Assembly (NCBI GenBank): GCA_028275775.1
Contig: JAPWTZ010000003.1
Span: 7,274-39,273, forward strand
Reading direction: 5' to 3'
DNA length: 32,000 bases
Source of the DNA: Candidatus Nanopusillus sp.
Lineage (GTDB): Archaea > Nanobdellota > Nanobdellia > Nanobdellales > Nanobdellaceae
Shown: positions 24,219-32,000 of the stretch, piece after piece
Layout: the number at the start of each line of letters is the position of its first letter
How positions within the stretch are numbered: the first letter of the stretch is position 1
Position numbers and translations under genes: made by a program
Notes under the pieces: generated by a model
Database searches by the model: none
What the model was told of the DNA's origin: nothing
The model's input: the letters and a program-made list of their open reading frames with translations, nothing else

Positions 24219-24824
24219 TTATATTTTTTCTAATACTTTCTTAAAATAATCTGTTATATTTTTTATATTTTTAAACAAAGGATAGAATTGTGGTTTATAT
24301 ACTTTGTTTCCCCATTTTTCAAAGAATATTATATCATATAAATTTGGTCTAATGGATTCTTTTGGTTTTTCATTTGGATATCCCATTGCAATTATAATAT
24401 GTATATTTTTATCTTTTGGTATTTCTAATAAATTCTTTATACTTTCTTCGTCAAAAGATCCTATCCAACATGTTCCAATATTTTTATCTGTAGCAGCTAA
24501 TAATATATTTTCTGCTATTGCAGCAGTATCCTGTATTGCAAAAATTTGTCCTTTTTCTCCATATAATGATTTTAATTTATTATCATCAGATACAATAATT
24601 ATTAATGTATTTGCATCTTTTATAAAATCCTGACCTGCAAATTCAGAAATTTTTCCTATTTTTTCAGGATCTTTTACAATGATAAAATAATAATGTGATA
24701 TATTTCCAGCTATTGGTGCTAATATTCCTAAAGATAATATTTCTAATATATCTTCATATGGAATATCTTCATTTAAATATTTCCTAATGCTTCTTCTATT
24801 TCTTATAGCATCTTTTAATTCCAT
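24219..24824 (-). CDS. Nitroreductase-family flavoprotein
   Basis: AIRNRRSIRKY at the N-terminus, about 200 aa, and ...GTCWIGSFDE..., typical of the NADH oxidase/nitroreductase fold. Confidence 0.75.
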   Translation of the reverse strand: MELKDAIRNRRSIRKYLNEDIPYEDILEILSLGILAPIAGNISHYYFIIVKDPEKIGKISEFAGQDFIKDANTLIIIVSDDNKLKSLYGEKGQIFAIQDTAAIAENILLAATDKNIGTCWIGSFDEESIKNLLEIPKDKNIHIIIAMGYPNEKPKESIRPNLYDIIFFEKWGNKVYKPQFYPLFKNIKNITDYFKKVLEKI

Positions 24825-24857
24825 AATATTTCTTTATTTTTTGTTTTATAAAAAATT

Positions 24858-25217
24858 TTATTTTTTATATGAAAATGAAGAAAATATTATGAATAATAAA
24901 AGTATTGAAAATTCATAATAACTATTTATAACATTTAATAATGATAAAAATATTATTATAGAAGTCTGTAACGCAATAATAAAGCTCTTATAATTTTTTC
25001 TATAAATTAATAGATAAATAAAAATAAATATTATTATATAGTAATTGAAATAAACGAGAAAAATTAATATTATAAATGAAATAATTCCCATTTTTTTATA
25101 ATATTTCTCAATATCATCCTCTATATATCTTCTTGTATATGTAGATATTATTAAGACAAATGATAATATTAAAAATATTAATATTTGACTTACTGATGGA
25201 ATTATGTAATTTTCCAT
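24858..25217 (-). CDS. Hypothetical integral membrane protein (3-4 predicted TM helices)
   Basis: Almost entirely hydrophobic I/L/F segments separated by short basic loops (RRYIEDDIEKYYKK, YRKNYK). No recognisable motif. Confidence 0.4.
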   Translation of the reverse strand: MENYIIPSVSQILIFLILSFVLIISTYTRRYIEDDIEKYYKKMGIISFIILIFLVYFNYYIIIFIFIYLLIYRKNYKSFIIALQTSIIIFLSLLNVINSYYEFSILLLFIIFSSFSYKK

Positions 25218-25231
25218 TTATATTATATTCT

Positions 25232-26116
25232 ATGAATAATAATTATAATACTTTGCTTATAACTGAAAAGGGATTGGAAAATATTACAATTAAAGAAATA
25301 GAAAAAATATTAAATAGAAACATTGATTATAATATGATTGAAAAGAAAAACAAAATTTTAATTTATACAAATTTGGATTTTGAAGAAAGGTTAAATTTAT
25401 TATTTAATTCTAGAACAATAGATAATATATTATATAAGGAAAAGGATAAATATAAATATTTTTTAATAAAAAATCTATATGAAAGAGGATATCAACTGAA
25501 AAAAATTGAAAAATTAAAATCAACATTGGTAAATAAAATTATATATTATTCAAATATAAAGGAAAATGAAGAAATATTAAATATAATGGATGATGGTTCT
25601 TTTTCTATAGAACAAGGTATATATATAAAGAATATATTGCCAATATTTTGGAGGAGGAAGGAAATTTCAGAATATATTGATTATTTTGAAAAATATATGA
25701 ATATAAAGAAAAAAGTTAATATTAAAATATATTGTGTTAATAAAGATAAAAATAAATTATTATTAATAGAAAAAAATTCTGAAAATGCTTTAGTAAATGA
25801 TATAATATTTTTTAGAAGACTGGATATAGAATGGATTGACTTAAAATTTAAAGAAGAATCGATTGATAAAATATTTACCTTTAGGATAAAGAAAAATCAA
25901 GAACTAAATATAAAGGACAAATATATATTTTATCATTCAAACAAGTTGTTGAAAGATAATGGAAAATTATATCTTTTATTATATAGTTATGATTATAAAA
26001 AAATCTTAGATAATATAATAAATTATATTAAAAAATATTCCTTAACATATGTTGATTCATTCTATTTATATAATTATAATAAAAGATTACTTTTAGTTAT
26101 ATTAGAAAAAATTTAA
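25232..26116 (+). CDS. Hypothetical protein; weak resemblance to the N-terminal and SAM-binding part of Trm14/RlmL (COG0116) methyltransferases, catalytic motif not seen
   Basis: I prefer the start at M25 (25232), which avoids overlap with the membrane gene. LLITEKGLENITIKEIEKIL, SRTIDNILY and ERGYQ...LKSTLVNKII...IMDDGSFSIEQ loosely parallel GlE..l..El, sRta.Ri and RGYR...L+..lA...l.DP.CGSGT..iEa. No NPPY-like motif found. Confidence 0.3.
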   Translation: MNNNYNTLLITEKGLENITIKEIEKILNRNIDYNMIEKKNKILIYTNLDFEERLNLLFNSRTIDNILYKEKDKYKYFLIKNLYERGYQLKKIEKLKSTLVNKIIYYSNIKENEEILNIMDDGSFSIEQGIYIKNILPIFWRRKEISEYIDYFEKYMNIKKKVNIKIYCVNKDKNKLLLIEKNSENALVNDIIFFRRLDIEWIDLKFKEESIDKIFTFRIKKNQELNIKDKYIFYHSNKLLKDNGKLYLLLYSYDYKKILDNIINYIKKYSLTYVDSFYLYNYNKRLLLVILEKI

Positions 26117-26129
26117 AAATGATTTACTA

Positions 26130-26315
26130 ATGAATTTTATTATGGATATAACTGAATTAGAAAAAACAAATGTATTGAAAAACTTAATAGTAAGTGAGAC
26201 AGTAGTAAAATTTATATGTCCAAACTGTGGTCAGGGAATAATAATAAGGAGTAATAAAGAAAAGAAAATGGGTTTGGAATGGAAATGCCCAGTTTGTGGT
26301 TATACTGGACCATAA
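26130..26315 (+). CDS. Zn-ribbon protein (COG2888-like), the usual upstream neighbour of aEF-1beta
   Basis: CPNCGQ...(x16)...CPVCG in 61 aa, in the conserved position directly 5' of the EF-1beta gene. Confidence 0.6.
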   Translation: MNFIMDITELEKTNVLKNLIVSETVVKFICPNCGQGIIIRSNKEKKMGLEWKCPVCGYTGP

Positions 26316-26316
26316 A

Positions 26317-26595
26317 ATGGGAAGATATGTAGTTATAACATTAAAGATATCTCCAAATGATATTGATGTAAATTTAGAAAAAATAAATGAAAAAGTAAAA
26401 GATATAATAAAAAATTTTGGCGGTCAATATTTATCTCATGAAATACAACCAATAGCATTTGGATTAAATTCATTAATTGTTAAATTTTTATATCCAGACC
26501 AGGAATTTAAAGAAGAAGAATTATTAAATCAAATAAATAGTATAGAAGGAGTAAGCAGTTCTGAAGTTATTTCAGTATCTCTTGCCCAATTATAA
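26317..26595 (+). CDS. ef1b: Translation elongation factor aEF-1 beta
   Basis: From the internal start MGRYVVITLKISPNDIDVNLEKINEKVKDI...IQPIAFGLNSLIVKF...IEGVSSSEVISVS. About 92 aa, as is typical. The track's upstream extension overlaps the Zn-ribbon gene. Confidence 0.8.
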   Translation: MGRYVVITLKISPNDIDVNLEKINEKVKDIIKNFGGQYLSHEIQPIAFGLNSLIVKFLYPDQEFKEEELLNQINSIEGVSSSEVISVSLAQL

Positions 26596-28499
26596 TGTAT
26601 ATTTTTAAAGAATTTTCAGAAATAAATATAAAAGAATTAAAAAATGAAATAGAAAAGGAAAGGCAATTAATTAGAGATATAAAAGCTGGAAAAATATATA
26701 AAGAACGAAAAGAATTAATGAAGGTTGTTTTATTTATTGTAGAATCACCAAATAAAGTAAAAACAATTTCTTCATTTTTTGGAAGACCGTCAATAAGAAA
26801 TGTTGGCGGATTGAAGGTTTATGAAGTTTCTTTAGGAAATATGTATTTACTAATTACAGCATCAAAAGGTCATATTTTAGAATTAACAACAGATAATATT
26901 GGTTTATTTGGTATAGAAAGAAAGGATGGGGTATTTTATCCATATTATAATACAATTAAAAAATGCTTATCTTGTGGAAATCAATTTACTGAATATAAAG
27001 ATGGAAAATGTCCATATTGTGGTTCTACAAATGTTGATGATTCAATAAATAGAATAAAAGCTCTACAAGAATTAGCTATGGAAGTTGATCAAATTATAAT
27101 TGGAACAGATCCTGATACAGAAGGTGAGATGATTGCATATTCTTTATATTTAGTATTATATCCATTTAATAGAAATATTAAAAGAGCAGAATTTCATGAA
27201 GTTACAAAAACAGCAATATTAAATGCTTTAGAAAATTTAAGAGATATTGATCTAAATTTAGTAAAATCTCAAGTTGTTAGAAGAATTGAAGATAGATGGT
27301 TGGGATTTAGTTTATCTCAAATTGTTCAAAAATATTTTAATAAAAATTGGTTATCTGCTGGAAGAGTGCAAACTCCAGTTCTTGGTTGGATAATTGATAG
27401 ATTTGATGAAAGGAATAAATCCAAATCATATATTTTAGAATTAAAATTAGAGAATGATAGAAAATTATATGTTGATACTGAAGTAAAGAATAGAAAAGAG
27501 ATAAATAAAATTATAAAGAATATAAAGGATAAAGAAATAAATATAGTTGATTATAAAGAGGAAAAAGAAGAAATTCAACCTTTACCTCCATATATTACTA
27601 GTACAATTTTACAGGATGCAAATAATATATTAAAAATTGGTGTAGATAGAATAATGCAAATATTACAAGAATTATTTGAATCTGCATTAATAACTTATCA
27701 TAGAACAGATTCTACAAGAATATCCCCTTTGGGTATATCAATTGCAAAAGATTATATAAGTCAAAAATTTGGGGAAAATTACTTTGTGGCAAGATCTTGG
27801 GGAGAAGGGGGAGCACATGAGGCAATTAGACCTACAAGACCTTTGGATGTAGATATGTTAAGAAATTCTATAGAAAATGGAGAAATTGAAGTATATATTA
27901 ATATGACAAAATATCATTATATAATTTATGATTTAATATTTACTAGATTTATTCAATCACAAATGAAACCTGTTTCTGTAATTAAATATACAGAAAAGAT
28001 AAAAATACCTGAAATAAATAAGGAAATTGAATTAAGTGGAATAAAAGATGTAATAGATCATGGATGGGATCTAATATTTCCATTTAGAATTAATGTTATG
28101 AAAATACAGCCAATACAAAATGGAATAAAGATTGTTGAAGCTACAGGTAAGAAAGTACCAAAGGTTAGATTATATTCCCAGGCAGATATTATTGATTTAA
28201 TGAGAGAAAGAGGAATAGGAAGGCCATCAACATATGCAATAATAGTAAAGAAAGTAATGGAGAGAGGTTATGTAATAAATAAAAGTAATAATCTAATTCC
28301 AACAAAATTGGGAATAGATGTATATAACTTTTTAGAAAAGAATTTTGGAGATTTTGTTTCTGAGAAAAGAACAAGAGATTTAGAAGAAATTATGGATAAA
28401 ATTTCTGAAAATAAAGAAGATTATAGAAAAGTACTTGAAAGTATATATGATGAGACAAATTTGATAATTGAAAAAGGAAAAAATATACAAAAAGAATAA
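26595..28499 (+). CDS. rgy: Reverse gyrase, topoisomerase-IA-domain subunit (split-gene form, no helicase domain)
   Basis: Toprim start LFIVESPNKVKTISSFFGRPS, inserted zinc ribbon CLSCGN...CPYCGS, GTDPDTEGE, RAEFHEVTKTAI, RRIEDRWLGFSLS, SAGRVQTPVLGWI and active-site ITYHRTDSTRIS. These variants are the ones I associate with reverse gyrase rather than Topo I/III. Only about 45 aa of coiled coil precede Toprim, and the upstream gene is ef1b. Confidence 0.7.
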   Translation: MYIFKEFSEINIKELKNEIEKERQLIRDIKAGKIYKERKELMKVVLFIVESPNKVKTISSFFGRPSIRNVGGLKVYEVSLGNMYLLITASKGHILELTTDNIGLFGIERKDGVFYPYYNTIKKCLSCGNQFTEYKDGKCPYCGSTNVDDSINRIKALQELAMEVDQIIIGTDPDTEGEMIAYSLYLVLYPFNRNIKRAEFHEVTKTAILNALENLRDIDLNLVKSQVVRRIEDRWLGFSLSQIVQKYFNKNWLSAGRVQTPVLGWIIDRFDERNKSKSYILELKLENDRKLYVDTEVKNRKEINKIIKNIKDKEINIVDYKEEKEEIQPLPPYITSTILQDANNILKIGVDRIMQILQELFESALITYHRTDSTRISPLGISIAKDYISQKFGENYFVARSWGEGGAHEAIRPTRPLDVDMLRNSIENGEIEVYINMTKYHYIIYDLIFTRFIQSQMKPVSVIKYTEKIKIPEINKEIELSGIKDVIDHGWDLIFPFRINVMKIQPIQNGIKIVEATGKKVPKVRLYSQADIIDLMRERGIGRPSTYAIIVKKVMERGYVINKSNNLIPTKLGIDVYNFLEKNFGDFVSEKRTRDLEEIMDKISENKEDYRKVLESIYDETNLIIEKGKNIQKE

Positions 28500-28530
28500 A
28501 CTTATATATAAGTTATTTTAATATTAATTA

Positions 28531-28785
28531 ATGGCTGTTAGGGGAATAAAAGTTGGAGATATATATGAAGTAGAGATAAAAAGTTTGACACAAAGGGGAG
28601 ATGGATTTGCTAGGATAAAAGGGGTTGCGACCTTTGTAAAAAATGTAAATGTTGGTTGGAAAGGTAATGTAAAAGTTATTAAAGTTGGTCCTACTTATGT
28701 AGTTGCTGAACCTGCTATAGCTGGAGAATCTAAAGATTCTTCTACAACGGGAGAATCTGGAGATTCGGACCAGAGTGATTTTTAA
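28531..28785 (+). CDS. TRAM-domain RNA-binding protein with an acidic Ser/Asp/Glu tail
   Basis: GDIYEVEIKSLTQRGDGFARIKGVATFVKNVNVGWKGNVKVIKVGPTYVVAEP is a stand-alone TRAM OB fold. Confidence 0.75.
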   Translation: MAVRGIKVGDIYEVEIKSLTQRGDGFARIKGVATFVKNVNVGWKGNVKVIKVGPTYVVAEPAIAGESKDSSTTGESGDSDQSDF

Positions 28786-28834
28786 AGATTTATAAATCAT
28801 TTTTTAAAATATTTTTTATCTAAATGATGATATC

Positions 28835-29227
28835 ATGATGACAGCTCCATATGTAAAATGGCCTGAAGATGTATTGAATACATTTATACAAAATTATGAA
28901 GCAAAAGTATATGAATTGTTTGAAAGAGCAAAACAGAGTGGAAAAATAAGAAAAGGAGTAAATGAAACTACAAAGGCAATAGATAGAGGACAGGCAAAAT
29001 TGGTAGCAATTGCTCTAGATGTAGATCCTCCAGAAATAGTAATGCATATACCAGCATTATGTGAAGAAAAAGGGGTAACTTATGTATATGTTTCTTCAAA
29101 ACAAAAGCTAGGTCAAGCCTGTGGTATAAATACACAAGCATCAACTGCTGCTATAATAGAACCTGGTGAAGGAAAACAAATTATGGATGAAATAGTAAAG
29201 GCACTTGATACTTTATTAAAGAAGTAA
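28835..29227 (+). CDS. rpl7ae: Ribosomal protein L7Ae (K-turn binding; also a C/D and H/ACA sRNP component)
   Basis: [50 protein letters not shown]. Confidence 0.9.
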   Translation: MMTAPYVKWPEDVLNTFIQNYEAKVYELFERAKQSGKIRKGVNETTKAIDRGQAKLVAIALDVDPPEIVMHIPALCEEKGVTYVYVSSKQKLGQACGINTQASTAAIIEPGEGKQIMDEIVKALDTLLKK

Positions 29228-29310
29228 TCTTTATAAATTTTTTTAATGTTATATGTAAGTTAATATAGGTATAGAAAGATTTATAAAATTTTTTGTATAT
29301 ATAATATAAT

Positions 29311-30258
29311 ATGGCGTTAGACGATGTTGTTAAAAATGCTTTCAATGGATTAAGTACAGATCCCAATTTAGGTCAGCAAGTATACAATGCAATCATAAGT
29401 TCTATTACTGATGCTGTGCAGGTTGCTGCAAAACAAATTGATACTCAGTTAGATCCGAAAGTCAACAAATCATTAAAATATACAATTGAAGGATTTAGTA
29501 TAAACTCTATTAAAGATAATATAGATCCTTCGCAATTATATAGGGATATGATAAATATATATAGACAAAACATATTTGGAAATAACCAACTATCCAATAT
29601 TTATCTACTATCAGCATTGTATATAAGAGCCCTCAAAAGGTTGGGATCTCCAGATCCAATTACTGGTAAAAGAGAATATATTGGTATTACTAGGCAAGAA
29701 AGAGAAAATGCGCAAAATATTGCAAATATAACTAGAGATTTATTAGCAGAGTCATTATATCAATATTACAAGTCAATAGGCAAAAATGTAACAATGTCAG
29801 AAATTATGGCGAACATAGATAAATATGCTTCAGCATTCTATAGTGCATATATGGGAGTAATAAATCAAATAGGATCATATATACTATCAAAGACTCCAAA
29901 TATATCACTATTAGAATCTTCAACTAGTTTAATGTCTATGTTAAATGAAATGTTTATATCTTCTATAGAAGGATTAATATCTACAATGTATTCAAAGTTA
30001 CCAATTCCAGAAGCAATATCACCAATATTAAATGCATTAGGTCAAAGAGGATTCTATAATAATATATTTGAGGAAATATCTAGGAAAATTGGTTATTATA
30101 TAGGTCAGGGGTTACAGCAAAATCAACCAGTAGGTCAACAACAAGGACAGCAAGCTAATCAACCTAATCCTCAATCACCGCAACAAAATCCACAACCACA
30201 AAATCAGGTAGTACAGGTTCCCCCACCAAATAGAATACAGCCCCAACAAAATCCATAA
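29311..30258 (+). CDS. Orphan, predicted all-helical protein with a C-terminal Gln/Pro/Asn-rich low-complexity tail
   Basis: Clean 315-aa ORF with visibly higher G+C and a very different amino-acid usage from its neighbours (Ser/Gln/Ala/Gly-rich, Lys-poor). No signal peptide or TM segment, and no motif I recognise. The tail reads QQNQPVGQQQGQQANQPNPQSPQQNPQPQNQVVQVPPPNRIQPQQNP. Confidence 0.6.
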   Translation: MALDDVVKNAFNGLSTDPNLGQQVYNAIISSITDAVQVAAKQIDTQLDPKVNKSLKYTIEGFSINSIKDNIDPSQLYRDMINIYRQNIFGNNQLSNIYLLSALYIRALKRLGSPDPITGKREYIGITRQERENAQNIANITRDLLAESLYQYYKSIGKNVTMSEIMANIDKYASAFYSAYMGVINQIGSYILSKTPNISLLESSTSLMSMLNEMFISSIEGLISTMYSKLPIPEAISPILNALGQRGFYNNIFEEISRKIGYYIGQGLQQNQPVGQQQGQQANQPNPQSPQQNPQPQNQVVQVPPPNRIQPQQNP

Positions 30259-30314
30259 AATAATCCGCAAGGTCAGCAAACACCATAGATAGTTAAAAAA
30301 TTTAGAAATTAGAA

Positions 30315-31910
30315 ATGAGAATAGCAGTATTATTAGATTATAGGTGGGGAGGTGGCATTAAAACTTTTTGTACTGGTGCTCTTCTTTCTTTTTTAAAACT
30401 AAAAGAATTATCTAAATTATCTTTAGGAGATGTTAAAATAGATTTTTATGTAATGACCTATGATTCTAATAATAATGTAGAATATTTTAAGGTTGATTTT
30501 AATGAATTATACGAACTATATAAAAAGAAAGATATAAAGAAGATTATAGAGCTTGCTAATAAAGAAAATTATGCTAGTATATCTAAACAAATTAGATTAG
30601 ATGATATACTGGAAGGATTATTTAATTCAGATTTTATATTTATTACTAATGTTGGTTTTGCTGTTTATAATAATAGTTTAGAGAAAGAAGATTTAGACAA
30701 AATATTATCTAATAACAGAAAAGGTATTTATATGTTAATGTTTCATACAGATTATGCTGGTAATTTCTTATATAACCTTGTAGAATTTATCAATTCTGGT
30801 AAATTAAAAAGTATAAGTGAAACAACTAAAAATAGAATATATTCATTACTTCGTAAAAAAATAGAGAGGGGTTATATGACCGATGAAGATCAAAGAGAAT
30901 TAATGCGTATAATAGAGTATTTATCAAATTCTAATACTGAAGAAGCTATAGAATTTAGAAATAAATATGGTTGGTGGTTAGATGAAGTAAGGAAATATAT
31001 ATATACATTTGGTAAGCTTACTAGATTAAAAAACGTAATTAATTTGTTTCCTACACATATTATTAGTGATTCTAATAGTAGATTTATAAAAAATGCTACC
31101 AGATCAAATATTAAGAAAAGAGAAGTTTTACCTGAGCCTATGTTTATGATATTACTAAATAAATATTATAAAGAAGAGATAGAAGGTTATAAGAATGCTT
31201 ATCTAAATATTTACAAAGATAATAAGATAAATTTGCTTTATGTAGGAAGAAGATCTGGAGAAAAAGGAGTTGATGATGTAATAAGATTGTTTGAAGATTT
31301 AGTTAAAGAAGGTGAAGATGTAAGATTAATAATAGTTGCTCCAGAGTTTGGAAAAAATACTGAAGAATATAAAAAATTAGAAGAAGTTGTAAATAAATAT
31401 GGAAGAGGAGAAGTCCATATATATAGCAATGCCTTAGGTAATTCTTTGCATGAATATCCTTTATATTATATAGGATTATTAAAAGCGCTTGGAGAATTGA
31501 AGTCAACTATATTTATTAATCCAGCATATACAGAATCATATGGTTTTTCTACTTTAGAGGCTCTTATATTTGGAAAACTTTTAACAATATATAGAGATGT
31601 TGATGGATTGAGTGAATTAAAAGAAAGAGGATATCTAAATTATCAGACAGCATTTAGAACATATGAGGATCTCGTTAATCTAACTAAGAAAATTATTGAA
31701 GAAATTAAGAATGGAAACTATGATAAATATGTAAATAGAGAGGCAATAGAAATGCTAGAAAAGGAAGTTGATCCAGAAGAGCTTGCAGAGAAATATGCAG
31801 AAATAATATATCTTTCAAAGGAATATGAAAAAATAATACATAATGAATCAGAATCAAAATATAATAATAATTCAGAAGCTCAAAGTGAAGAAATTGAAGC
31901 GGTTGCGTAG
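30315..31910 (+). CDS. GT-B fold glycosyltransferase (GT4-like C-terminal half) with about 290 aa of unassigned N-terminal region
   Basis: The C-terminal half has LLYVGRRSGEKGVDDVIRLFEDL...VRLIIVAP...FINPAYTESYGFSTLEALIFG (E-x7-E motif). The N-terminal half has no motif I recognise. Confidence 0.7.
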   Translation: MRIAVLLDYRWGGGIKTFCTGALLSFLKLKELSKLSLGDVKIDFYVMTYDSNNNVEYFKVDFNELYELYKKKDIKKIIELANKENYASISKQIRLDDILEGLFNSDFIFITNVGFAVYNNSLEKEDLDKILSNNRKGIYMLMFHTDYAGNFLYNLVEFINSGKLKSISETTKNRIYSLLRKKIERGYMTDEDQRELMRIIEYLSNSNTEEAIEFRNKYGWWLDEVRKYIYTFGKLTRLKNVINLFPTHIISDSNSRFIKNATRSNIKKREVLPEPMFMILLNKYYKEEIEGYKNAYLNIYKDNKINLLYVGRRSGEKGVDDVIRLFEDLVKEGEDVRLIIVAPEFGKNTEEYKKLEEVVNKYGRGEVHIYSNALGNSLHEYPLYYIGLLKALGELKSTIFINPAYTESYGFSTLEALIFGKLLTIYRDVDGLSELKERGYLNYQTAFRTYEDLVNLTKKIIEEIKNGNYDKYVNREAIEMLEKEVDPEELAEKYAEIIYLSKEYEKIIHNESESKYNNNSEAQSEEIEAVA

Positions 31911-31922
31911 TTTTTATTTTTT
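31911..31922 (+). terminator. Oligo-T tract directly after the glycosyltransferase stop, possible archaeal intrinsic terminator
   Basis: tttttatttttt immediately 3' of TAG at 31908-31910. This is weak evidence in a genome this AT-rich. Confidence 0.3.
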
Positions 31923-32000
31923 GGTGGTCCTTTAATTTTTATAAAGATCAAAATTTCTCTAATTTTTTATGGTATATATAAAGTGGCTTAATGAATTATC

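Noticed and set aside
25160-25231. Track start of the 318-aa ORF (MIILKILIFDLLMELCNFPFILYS...).
   Set aside because: It overlaps the 5' end of the convergent or divergent membrane-protein gene by 58 nt, and the extension looks like antisense noise. I prefer M25 at 25232.
26296-26316. Track start of the aEF-1beta ORF (MVILDHK...).
   Set aside because: It overlaps the Zn-ribbon gene. Archaeal EF-1beta proteins begin at the equivalent of MGRYVV (26317).
2367-31506. Short ORFs from the track that lie antisense to, or out of frame within, strong conserved genes: 2367-2576, 2862-3044, 3321-3617, 3442-3648, 4184-4489, 4344-4559, 4804-4992, 5195-5377, 8038-8223, 9580-9774, 10926-11210, 14309-14494, 15412-15594, 16169-16357, 16633-16824, 17291-17500, 17472-17675, 18849-19040, 18869-19210, 20767-21033, 21193-21462, 24304-24633, 28189-28374, 28528-28800, 29181-29366, 31238-31429, 31303-31506.
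   Set aside because: Each overlaps a gene with clear family motifs on the other strand or frame. Their translations are Leu/Phe/Ile/Tyr-rich low-complexity strings typical of antisense AT-rich DNA, with no recognisable motifs.
1-32000. CRISPR arrays, rRNA genes, transposases, integrases and prophage blocks.
   Set aside because: No regularly spaced direct repeats, no long GC-rich rRNA-like stretches, and no ORF with DDE, tyrosine-recombinase or serine-recombinase motifs were seen anywhere in the window.
31969-32000. Possible start of a further plus-strand gene (ATG at 31969, MVYIKWLNEL..., with TTTTTATAAAG about 28 nt upstream).
   Set aside because: Only 10 codons are visible before the window ends, which is too little to support a call.

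Overview
Very AT-rich, tightly packed archaeal chromosome segment with many 1-4 nt gene overlaps and very short divergent intergenic spacers. The gene content points to a reduced-genome thermophilic DPANN or Nanoarchaeota-like organism. This taxonomic call is inference from a topoisomerase-only reverse gyrase subunit, a single-chain PriS-PriL primase, a free-standing tRNA-binding domain, GluRS plus GatD, and FtsZ plus SepF.

Most of the window is housekeeping: Rpo7, Spt4, RpoP, L37Ae, S19e, L7Ae, aEF-1beta, GluRS, GatD, DHS, DNA ligase, FtsZ, SepF, prefoldin beta, UppS, NMNAT and an AOR-type tungstoenzyme. RpoP is below the ORF-track length cutoff and I found it by hand. There are two intron-less tRNA genes, Gly-UCC and Ala-GGC.

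The regions the housekeeping genes do not explain are:
- 6551-11274: a HerA/DUF87-type ATPase operon. It encodes a 739-aa Asn/Tyr-rich protein dense in glycosylation sequons, plus a family of small Cys-containing proteins. All of these have short basic N-termini followed by a hydrophobic helix, resembling class III (prepilin-like) signals. I read it as a candidate non-canonical surface or host-attachment apparatus.
- 17175-17319: a convergent intergenic spacer holding an unassigned 52-nt GC-rich island and a well-spaced C/D box sRNA candidate.
- 29311-31910: a compositionally atypical orphan helical protein with a Gln/Pro-rich tail that continues in frame past its stop codon. It is followed by a glycosyltransferase with a long unknown N-terminal region.

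I saw no CRISPR array, rRNA gene, transposase or integrase. All calls rest on motif recognition by eye; no database search was possible.
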